Notes under the pieces: generated by a model
Told to the model about the DNA's origin: nothing
Databases searched by the model: none
What the model saw: the letters and a program-made list of their open reading frames with translations, nothing else
In this document: positions 1 to 7,611 of the stretch, one piece after another
Position numbering within the stretch: the first letter of the stretch is position 1
Layout of the letters: every line of letters starts with the position of its first letter
Position numbers and translations under genes: made by a program
Source of the DNA: an uncultured Candidatus Poseidoniales archaeon
GTDB taxonomy: Archaea > Thermoplasmatota > Poseidoniia > Poseidoniales > Thalassarchaeaceae
DNA: 64,000 bases
Reading direction: 5' to 3'
Assembly (NCBI GenBank): GCA_902601345.1
Contig: CACKMK010000003.1
Span: forward strand, 23,902-87,901

Positions 1-26
1 TTAGGTTTCCTGAACCGATCAGCAAC

Positions 27-527
27 GTGTTCTCTATCGTCTCAATCATCAATGAATTCAGACCGAGCAACAGATGGATGCTACTTGCATCCGAGTCCGC
101 TGCAAGTGAGATGCACCTTTGGACTGCATGGTACGCACTTAGAAGGAACGAGATTTCCGGAGAAATGGTAGCCAAAACTGCAGACACTGAGTTTCTAAGG
201 TTAATCTCGGGCACTCGACAGATAAACAAGGCATTCCAGAGGTCCGGAATCTCAGTGGGTGACGAAAAGGCATGGATAGTCATGTTACCAGATTCAGAAC
301 TAGGAGTTGGTTTCGGCGAGTTTTCGATTCCACTGGACACTTTCAATGATTCAAATGAAGATGCTATCAGGCTCATAGAGCATCTTAGAGGTTCATTGGT
401 TCCTGAAAGACCCATTCCCACGATTGAGGGCCTCATGAGAATAGGGAGTGAATATCGAATAGACTCGAAGATTTCAGATATTGAAGATGCGTTTCTTACA
501 CATTTATCCCTTTCAAGCCTGAGGTAA
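27..527 (+). CDS. cgi121: KEOPS complex subunit Cgi121
   Basis: Segment EFLRLISGTRQINKAFQRSGISVGDEKAWIVML matches the recalled archaeal Cgi121 pattern (EILVRASGQRQIHEAIKIIGAKDGNVCLIC) at the same distance from the N-terminus. Size is about 160 aa. The GTG start is uncertain because the frame stays open to the left window edge. Confidence 0.6.
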   Translation: MFSIVSIINEFRPSNRWMLLASESAASEMHLWTAWYALRRNEISGEMVAKTADTEFLRLISGTRQINKAFQRSGISVGDEKAWIVMLPDSELGVGFGEFSIPLDTFNDSNEDAIRLIEHLRGSLVPERPIPTIEGLMRIGSEYRIDSKISDIEDAFLTHLSLSSLR

Positions 528-581
528 GTGATCTCTCATCAGTCATGTTGATAGACGGGTGTCCTGACAGCATTCCATAAC

Positions 582-827
582 ATGCCAAAGTACTACGGAT
601 TCGGTTCATGCATAGTTTGTGGTGTTCCTTGTACATCTGGAAACTTCCTGATACATGATGCCAAGAGATATTGTACTGCTTGCTGGATAGAAAAGAACAA
701 CCCCGATCATCCGGACAAGGAAGAGGTAATGGAGAAGGTTCAGGCATCAGTGAAAGAGTGGAAGTGCGCAAAGTGGACTAGAGAAGAGGGCCCCTTGCCT
801 CTGGGCCCAATGTCGGTAAAGAAGTGA
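582..827 (+). CDS. small zinc-ribbon protein (CxxC ... CxxC), hypothetical
   Basis: 81 aa ORF with CIVCG and CTAC cysteine pairs about 17 residues apart. It fills the gap between cgi121 and pepF on the same strand. Confidence 0.4.
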   Translation: MPKYYGFGSCIVCGVPCTSGNFLIHDAKRYCTACWIEKNNPDHPDKEEVMEKVQASVKEWKCAKWTREEGPLPLGPMSVKK

Positions 828-835
828 GGGCTTAG

Positions 836-2545
836 ATGGGGGATCACTTTGTTCCAGATGACCTAGATGCATCAAACTGGGAAAACCTAGAGCCCTTGAC
901 TAGAGACCTCTTGGAAAGGAAATTAAGTTGTTCAGGCTGCCTAGAAAATCTAATTTCAGACTCATCCAAACTAGCAGAACATGTTTCTGAAACCGGAGCA
1001 CTGTTGTACATTGGGATGACGTGTGATACTGAGAGCGAGGAGAAGAAAGATAGTTTCCTAGAGTTTGTAAGCAATGTAAGGCCGAAGCTGTCTGAGTTCT
1101 CGGACTCTCTCAATAGAAGGATTGTGAATCATCCATCCGTTGATGACCTCCCTGAAAGATACGACCTGATGCTTAGAGGAATGAGGAATGACGTAGAGAT
1201 ATTCCGAAAAGAGAACATCCCCCTTGGAGTCAGGCAGACTGAGCTAGTAACAGAGGCTCAGTCAATAAACGGCGCAATGACAGTTGATTTCCATGGAGAA
1301 GAGATGACCTTCCCACAGATGAGCAAATTCCTCGAATCAAACGATAGATCGGAGCGTCAGGCTGCTTGGACCGCTATGGCAGGGAGAAGGATGGAGGATA
1401 ACGAAAGGCTTTCGGAAATCTTCGATGAGTTGATTTCGATTAGACACCAGATCGCTCTCAACGCAGGGTTCGAAAGTTACACACAATACATGTTCAGGGC
1501 GATGCATAGGTTCGACTATTCAATTGAAGACTGTCTAGAGTTTCATGACTCGGTAGAATCTGTATGTATCCCAATACTCAATGAAATAAACATGAACAGG
1601 AGAGCAAGCCTTGGAATAAGCGAATTGAGACCATGGGATGTTAATGAAAAGGGAGGTTCTGGTCCCGATATACACGGCAAAGATCCGCTGAGGCCATTCG
1701 ATACGGTTGAAGAAATGGTAGAGAAACTGTCAGGGATGTTCAATGAAATCTCAGAAGACCTAGGTAGAAAATTCGACAGACTCGTAGAAATGGATACTCT
1801 TGATTTGGACACCAGAAAGGGCAAGGCCCCGGGGGGTTACCAATACTACTTGGAAAAGAGCAGGGTACCTTTCATTTTCATGAATGCGGCTGGTCTACAA
1901 GGTGACTTGGAGACAATGATCCATGAAGCAGGCCATGCCTTCCACTCACTATACTGTGGCCATCTGGAGCTGATTGATGAGAGAGACTATCCTATCGAGT
2001 TCGCTGAGGTCGCATCTATGTCAATGGAATTACTAACACAACCATGGTGGGACAAATTCTACGATAATGAAGAAGACGCAGCAAGGGCGAGGAGGACGCA
2101 TCTAGAAGGAGTGGTTTTCCTGCTTCCTTGGATAGCCACCATAGACTCTTTCCAGCATTGGATTTACGCTAATCCGGGTCATTCCAGGGAGGAAAGAGCG
2201 GAGGTGTGGCTCTCAATACGGGACAAATTCGGATCTGATATGAACTGGACTGGTCATACAGATTTCAGAGAGGTTTCTTGGCAGCAGCAGGGTCACCTTT
2301 TCGGCGTACCCTTCTATTACATTGAATACGGAATAGCGCAACTCGGATCACTGCAGCTATGGAAGACACAAATGGGAGATCCGCAAAAGGCATTGGATGA
2401 TTATGCGAAAGCGATGTCACTCGGGAACACAAAGACTCTGCCGGAGCTCTTTGAAGCGGCAGATCTGAAACTAGGATTCGATGAGGGACACTTCCTCTCC
2501 CTACTCGGGATGGTCGAGTCAGAGCTATCGGAATTGGCTGCTTAG
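836..2545 (+). CDS. pepF: oligoendopeptidase F family metallopeptidase (M3B)
   Basis: 569 aa with zinc motif MIHEAGHAFH (HExxH) in the usual C-terminal-half position. Length and overall pattern are typical of PepF/M3B. Confidence 0.85.
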   Translation: MGDHFVPDDLDASNWENLEPLTRDLLERKLSCSGCLENLISDSSKLAEHVSETGALLYIGMTCDTESEEKKDSFLEFVSNVRPKLSEFSDSLNRRIVNHPSVDDLPERYDLMLRGMRNDVEIFRKENIPLGVRQTELVTEAQSINGAMTVDFHGEEMTFPQMSKFLESNDRSERQAAWTAMAGRRMEDNERLSEIFDELISIRHQIALNAGFESYTQYMFRAMHRFDYSIEDCLEFHDSVESVCIPILNEINMNRRASLGISELRPWDVNEKGGSGPDIHGKDPLRPFDTVEEMVEKLSGMFNEISEDLGRKFDRLVEMDTLDLDTRKGKAPGGYQYYLEKSRVPFIFMNAAGLQGDLETMIHEAGHAFHSLYCGHLELIDERDYPIEFAEVASMSMELLTQPWWDKFYDNEEDAARARRTHLEGVVFLLPWIATIDSFQHWIYANPGHSREERAEVWLSIRDKFGSDMNWTGHTDFREVSWQQQGHLFGVPFYYIEYGIAQLGSLQLWKTQMGDPQKALDDYAKAMSLGNTKTLPELFEAADLKLGFDEGHFLSLLGMVESELSELAA

Positions 2546-2569
2546 TCTTCGGACTCCGAGACCTGCGCG

Positions 2570-3580
2570 CTAGTCACGCAGGCCCTCGGATGTCACGGTA
2601 AAGACTGCCTCACCCTCGGGTAGATTAGGACTGTCAATTAGGCGAGCAATTCTACGGCCCCCCTTTGACTTCCTGAGGTAAAGGCGGAATGTGCTGGCGT
2701 GTCCGACGATATGCCCTCCTACTGCTCTGGTGGGATCTCCCCACATCGCATCTGGTTTCGCCTGAACCTGGTTTGTCACCAAAACGATCGCATTCTGCAC
2801 ATCTGCGACCTGCTTGAGTTCCTTCATGTGTCGGTTTAGCTTCTGCTGTCTGGGAGCTAACATCCCTCTGCCTACGTACTCGGCTCTGAAGTGACTTGTC
2901 AGAGAATCGACAATGATCACTTTCACATCAATACTCTTTGCCATCCTCTTGATCTCATCGACAAGTAACATCTGGTGAGCAGAATTGTAAGCCCTGGCTA
3001 CGTGTATCCTATCCAGAGCATCTTGAGGATCCATGCCCACTCCTTCTGCCATCTGGGCTATTCTCTCCGGTCTGAAAGTGTCTTCAGTGTCAATGTAAAC
3101 CACCTCGCCATCTAGTCCCCCCTGATCCAAAGAAAGAATGCAGTTCACCGCTAACTGATGTCCAATTTGCGTCTTTCCACTTCCGAATTCTCCGAATACC
3201 TCTACTATTGCCTGAGTCTCGAAACCTCCACCTAGTAGTTCGTCCAGAGATGAAGCTCCTGAGGTCAACTTCTGGACTCTCTTCCTCTTCTCTAGAAGTG
3301 CCACTCCACTAACGAAACCCCCAATATTTGCAAGCTTCTTTGCTCCTGCGATAATTTTGGCGGCTACTGCCTCTCCCAGTTCTGCTTGATCTGATAGTTC
3401 AGATGGACTCATCACAGCTATCCCAAGAAGTTCTTCGAAACCTGCTTCTCGAAGCTTCTCCGCAGTTGCGGGACCCACGCCTGGGAGATCCTCGATAGTG
3501 GGCTCTGCATCGTCCACATCGATTACAATTTCTTCTTCTTCCATTTTCTCACTTGCTGTTTCTTCGCTCATCCTGTTCAC
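2570..3580 (-). CDS. radA: DNA repair and recombination protein RadA
   Basis: N-terminal HhH segment [17 protein letters not shown] and Walker [10 protein letters not shown], with the RecA/RadA core conserved throughout. ATG at 3571 is a likely alternative to the GTG at 3580. Confidence 0.95.
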   Translation of the reverse strand: MNRMSEETASEKMEEEEIVIDVDDAEPTIEDLPGVGPATAEKLREAGFEELLGIAVMSPSELSDQAELGEAVAAKIIAGAKKLANIGGFVSGVALLEKRKRVQKLTSGASSLDELLGGGFETQAIVEVFGEFGSGKTQIGHQLAVNCILSLDQGGLDGEVVYIDTEDTFRPERIAQMAEGVGMDPQDALDRIHVARAYNSAHQMLLVDEIKRMAKSIDVKVIIVDSLTSHFRAEYVGRGMLAPRQQKLNRHMKELKQVADVQNAIVLVTNQVQAKPDAMWGDPTRAVGGHIVGHASTFRLYLRKSKGGRRIARLIDSPNLPEGEAVFTVTSEGLRD

Positions 3581-3605
3581 CTATACATCTCCGTCATCAA
3601 TCGGG

Positions 3606-3616
3606 GGTATATGAAC
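3606..3616 (-). promoter_or_regulatory. putative TATA/BRE-type promoter element of radA (GTTCATATACC on the minus strand)
   Basis: AT-rich TATA-like core about 35-40 nt upstream of the radA ATG. A near-identical 13-mer sits at the equivalent position upstream of tuf. An AGGTGA SD-like element follows. Confidence 0.4.
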
Positions 3617-3704
3617 AAACGAAGGACCCCTGGTCGCTCTATGAAAGTAGTCATTCTTTGAGAATCGTTGCAGTACAGCGATTTTTCACTTTCACTTTGT
3701 TTTC

Positions 3705-3782
3705 TGGTAGCGGGTGATGGATTTGAACCATCGGTCTCCGGGTTATGAGCCCGACGAGATAACCTGACTACTCCAACCCGCT
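3705..3782 (-). tRNA. tRNA-Met (anticodon CAT), initiator type
   Basis: Minus-strand sequence is AGCGGGTTGGAGTAGTCAGGTTATCTCGTCGGGCTCATAACCCGGAGACCGATGGTTCAAATCCATCACCCGCTACCA. It has an A1:U72 acceptor end and a GGG:CCC anticodon stem, as in archaeal initiators. The T-loop is GGTTCAAATCC and the CCA end is genomically encoded. Confidence 0.85.
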
Positions 3783-3889
3783 ACCTACGCGCTGGGGCCT
3801 CGATTATTTGAAGCGAGCGGGGGATGAAAATGAGTCAGCGATGGCAACAGTATTGTGATGTCAGCGTTCCGACAACATAGGAACCCACC

Positions 3890-5242
3890 ATGGATGGTCA
3901 TTTACTAATTCAGAATGCGACCCTGATTTTACCAGATAGGGTTGTTGAGGGGGACCTGCGTGTTTCTGGTGGCTCTATCTCGACAATAGCACCAGGAGGG
4001 GGATTGGATGCTGGAAGTAATGAGGCAGTTATCGATGCAACGGGCTTACACTTGCTTCCAGGAGCAATCGATCCTCATGTTCACTTCAGGGAGCCTGGAA
4101 GCACCGAAAAGGAAGATCTTGAGAGTGGAAGTAGAGCCGCTGCTGCCGGAGGAGTAACCTCATTCCTTGACATGCCAAACAACAATCCCAATGCTACAAA
4201 TCGCTCGACTTTGGAACGAAAAATTGCTATCGCTTCAAAGAAGTCTGTTACCCATCATGGGTTCTTCATAGGTGCTACAAACGACAATATCGCAGATTTG
4301 CAAAGCGTGGAAGGAATGGATGGTGTTTGTGGAATCAAGATTTTCATGGGCAGCAGTACTGGAGACCTGCTCGTTCATGAGCAAAAGCAACTGGAGAATA
4401 TCTTCGCCAACACAGGGGGGATTATCGCGACCCATGCGGAAGATGAGGAACGCTTGCAGCAGCGTACTGCAGAGTTTGAACATCGTACTGACATTTCTTC
4501 TCATGCAGAGTGCAGAGATGTTGAATGCGCTTTCCTAGCAACGAAAAGAGCGGCCTCACTAGCCAAGGATCACGATCATCGTCTCCACATCGTCCATCTG
4601 ACAAGCCAGAAGGAAGCAGAATGGTTACAGAAAAACAAAGGCGATATCATCACTACCGAGGTGTGCACCCAGCACCTGACTTTCGATCAGGATGATGTCC
4701 AGAGTCTAGGAGAGAGGGTTCTGATGAATCCGCCAATTCGTTATACTGAGGATCGAGATTCTCTTTGGAGGAGTCTGAAGAATGGCACCATAGATTGCGT
4801 GGTCACCGACCATGCCCCTCACACACTGGAGTCCAAATCTGTGGGTTTCCCTAACGCACCGGCTGGAATGCCAGGTGTCGAGACATCGTTACCGCTAATG
4901 CTGACTCATGCATTGGATGGCAAATGTAGTGTCTCAGAAGTAGTTAGCTGGATGTGTGAGGGGCCTGCCAAGGTATACGGCATTCACAATAAGGGCTCCT
5001 TAATTGAGGGATATGATGCTGACTTGACTTTGGTCGACTTGGAAACTAAGCGAACCATAACCGATGCGGATACATGGACAAGAGTTGGATGGACTCCATA
5101 CGATGGTATGGAACTCACGGGATGGCCAAGATACACGATAGTGGATGGCGAGATAGTCCACAAAAGAGAGGAAAACGGAGCACTACGTGGATTGCCGGTT
5201 GCACTACCAGGCACAGTAGGGAGAGCACTAAGGTTCGGTTAG
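3890..5242 (+). CDS. pyrC: dihydroorotase (cyclic amidohydrolase family)
   Basis: Metal-binding motif DPHVHFREPG. Later motifs CVVTDHAPH and GMPGVET are typical of dihydroorotase/allantoinase. pyrB and pyrI lie in the same window. Confidence 0.85.
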   Translation: MDGHLLIQNATLILPDRVVEGDLRVSGGSISTIAPGGGLDAGSNEAVIDATGLHLLPGAIDPHVHFREPGSTEKEDLESGSRAAAAGGVTSFLDMPNNNPNATNRSTLERKIAIASKKSVTHHGFFIGATNDNIADLQSVEGMDGVCGIKIFMGSSTGDLLVHEQKQLENIFANTGGIIATHAEDEERLQQRTAEFEHRTDISSHAECRDVECAFLATKRAASLAKDHDHRLHIVHLTSQKEAEWLQKNKGDIITTEVCTQHLTFDQDDVQSLGERVLMNPPIRYTEDRDSLWRSLKNGTIDCVVTDHAPHTLESKSVGFPNAPAGMPGVETSLPLMLTHALDGKCSVSEVVSWMCEGPAKVYGIHNKGSLIEGYDADLTLVDLETKRTITDADTWTRVGWTPYDGMELTGWPRYTIVDGEIVHKREENGALRGLPVALPGTVGRALRFG

Positions 5243-5435
5243 TAGCCTTAGCTAGTCCTCGCAACCCTCTGCGTCGGACTCGTGGCATTGGTGTGTCTCT
5301 GTATCTTCAGATGACTCTTCTGAGTCATCATCAAGAGCATCATCGAGAAAGCTAGAATGGATTTTCTCCTCATATCTTTACCTCCGTGATTCCTTATTTC
5401 AATACAGTAGTGGGCCGGTATACACCAACCATGTT

Positions 5436-5624
5436 TCAAATTCCGATTGAACCGTAATTCAGTGGCTCACGCATTTGAAAAATATTGCTCGGTGCTGGAT
5501 CTTCCGAATCCTCCTCTTCTTCGCTCGTCATTTCAACGCCACCAGGGTGCTCACTGGTGACGAGGCTCTTAGTGCCGGCCAGGAAAATCAGCGCGGCGAC
5601 CTGCATGTCCAGTGTTTGGTCCAT
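5436..5624 (-). CDS. small hypothetical protein (hydrophobic N-terminus, acidic tail)
   Basis: 62 aa ORF. A TTTAAAT box (plus-strand 5649-5655) lies about 28 nt upstream of the ATG, compatible with a leaderless transcript. I recognise no family. The downstream sequence continues in other frames (see findings). Confidence 0.3.
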   Translation of the reverse strand: MDQTLDMQVAALIFLAGTKSLVTSEHPGGVEMTSEEEEDSEDPAPSNIFQMREPLNYGSIGI

Positions 5625-5702
5625 GAATGTTATACATCGTCATCTGTGATTTAAACAAATTGGCGGCATGTGTCTGTGATGTTTCAGACATTAACCGGAT
5701 AT

Positions 5703-5777
5703 TGGTGCGAACACCGGGAGTTGAACCCGGGTTAGCAGGTTGGGAACCTGCTGTCATAACCACTAGACCATGTCCGC
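5703..5777 (-). tRNA. tRNA-Gly (anticodon CCC)
   Basis: Minus-strand sequence is GCGGACATGGTCTAGTGGTTATGACAGCAGGTTCCCAACCTGCTAACCCGGGTTCAACTCCCGGTGTTCGCACCA. It folds as a cloverleaf with anticodon loop TTCCCAA. The CCA end is encoded. Confidence 0.85.
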
Positions 5778-5838
5778 TTCAATTCAGGGAGGGAGTCTTG
5801 GTAATTGAGAGGCTCGGTTAATACAGAATCGGGATTCA

Positions 5839-7575
5839 CTAGACTAGACGACGAAGTACTTCCATTGACGAGTCTGCTTCTCCCAATGACTCCAAGCAAT
5901 CGTCAATCTGCCCTTCTGAAAGGGCCCTCTCCGCGGCTGCAAGATATCCCTCGGTTGAAATCCTGTCTTTGTTATCCGCTCCATAACCCGATGACTCTAG
6001 CCTCTTCCTGAGTTTTCTCCAATCTCCGTCCAGGAATTCGAGCATCTCCCGGGCCTCTTCGACCCTTGAATGGAAATCATCCAGCTCTTTGGCTAGTACG
6101 CTCAAACTTTCTGCGGCCTCTATCCATTTTCCTGCATCTGCAAACAATTTCGCCTCATCCAGCCTTCTACTCCACTCAGAGCCCGAGTCTCCTGCTGGTA
6201 TCCTGTCCTCGATGCTCTTGACCTGTCTCAGAGACCTCTGGACAGTGGTTTTAGCTTCGGATTCCTTCCTTATCGACCTAGTCACTCCTTCCGAGAGTCC
6301 TATTGCAAGAGACGCATTTCCAGAATCTAAAGCCTCATTTGCATCTTCCAACCTCTTATTTAGATCTCCAATAGAGTCGGAATCGTACGACGAAGCCTCG
6401 CTCTTGGCTTCCTCCAAGGATTTTCTTGCCCGCAACATTAGGCCTTCCACATCATCCATCTGGGATGGGATCTCTGAAACAATTGCCAATGCGTACTGCG
6501 GATTTTCATCTTCCATGGCTTTTTTTGCTTCATTCAGAGTTGATCGAAGTCCTTGGACCAAGTGACCTTGCGCATCGGAGATTGATTTCTCGGCCTCATC
6601 AATCGCTTCTATGGCATTCTGCCAGTTGGACTCAATCATCTCTGCCTCTGACTTAGCCTCCCTGAACCTGCTTTCAGAGGCCCTGAGGGAGCCGTTTTCA
6701 AGTTCGGTCAACGCGTCTTCGAAAATCTTCCTTGGCCTACCTGGGAAACCTGTTACTTTCTCGGCTTTATTGACAGAGATTTCAGATTGCTCCCTGATTT
6801 CTTCGACGTCAGATACGAATGATGCAATCCTGGTTGCTTCCCTCTTGGCCTCGGAGATTAGTTCGGTACCTCTTTCAGGGTTTTTCCATCCTTGCTCTCT
6901 GGCCATCTTTAGCAGGGAGTTTGGTTGCTGCATCAGTGTGTTTCCAGACTGTAGACCAAGGATATGTCTCTCTGCATCCTTAAGTTGTTCAGAGAAATCT
7001 TGCCTTTCTTCCTCTAATCCGTCTTTCGTGAAAAGTATCGGTATAGTGGTGAATGAGGCGGCAATTGCCATTATCAAGAGAGGCGCAGGGTTTGATCCTA
7101 GGACTATCGGAATCGCAAGAGTGAATCCAATTGTTGTCATCATTCCCCTCCATCTCCTCGTTTTCACATCGTACCCTAGCATACTCCTCGATGTGTAAAA
7201 CAGGATTGCGGAGACAAGGAACAGAGTGAAGACTGCAGCCATATTTCCTTCATCACGGTTTATTGCTGCTATTGCCAGAAGTAATGGCCATGCAATGCAG
7301 CATGCGGTAGAGATTCGCATCCTCTCAGTTGGTCCGAATTCTACTAGATCCTGAAGAAGTAGTGCAGAGGAGAACAGGATAAGCACCGGTACATACCGGT
7401 AGAGTGGAGATGATTCAGACCCAAAAGAAGAGAAGAGCCACCAAGCCCCGAATAAAATGAGGAGTATCTGAAAGAGCAACGATACCCTATCCACCCTGGT
7501 CCGATGTTTGGCGACGACACGAGATGGGTAGTCTGGAAGCATCACCATATGTCCGAAGATAAAGGGGGGGGTCAA
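5839..7575 (-). CDS. polytopic membrane protein with a long C-terminal alpha-helical repeat domain, hypothetical
   Basis: 578 aa. The first ~180 aa hold several hydrophobic spans. The remaining ~390 aa are E/A/L/S-rich with recurring helical-hairpin motifs. The TTG start at 7575 is doubtful and ATG at 7548 (MVMLPDY...) is more likely. Confidence 0.7.
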   Translation of the reverse strand: MTPPFIFGHMVMLPDYPSRVVAKHRTRVDRVSLLFQILLILFGAWWLFSSFGSESSPLYRYVPVLILFSSALLLQDLVEFGPTERMRISTACCIAWPLLLAIAAINRDEGNMAAVFTLFLVSAILFYTSRSMLGYDVKTRRWRGMMTTIGFTLAIPIVLGSNPAPLLIMAIAASFTTIPILFTKDGLEEERQDFSEQLKDAERHILGLQSGNTLMQQPNSLLKMAREQGWKNPERGTELISEAKREATRIASFVSDVEEIREQSEISVNKAEKVTGFPGRPRKIFEDALTELENGSLRASESRFREAKSEAEMIESNWQNAIEAIDEAEKSISDAQGHLVQGLRSTLNEAKKAMEDENPQYALAIVSEIPSQMDDVEGLMLRARKSLEEAKSEASSYDSDSIGDLNKRLEDANEALDSGNASLAIGLSEGVTRSIRKESEAKTTVQRSLRQVKSIEDRIPAGDSGSEWSRRLDEAKLFADAGKWIEAAESLSVLAKELDDFHSRVEEAREMLEFLDGDWRKLRKRLESSGYGADNKDRISTEGYLAAAERALSEGQIDDCLESLGEADSSMEVLRRLV

Positions 7576-7611
7576 TATGTATACGGTTCCATGTGCATGG
7601 CAGGGACAGGA

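Noticed and set aside
6089-7198. Plus-strand ORFs 6089..6565, 6426..6656 and 6611..7198 inside the 578-aa membrane-protein gene
   Set aside because: They are Ser/Leu/Ala-rich antisense shadows of a long, continuous minus-strand ORF. They are fragmented across frames.
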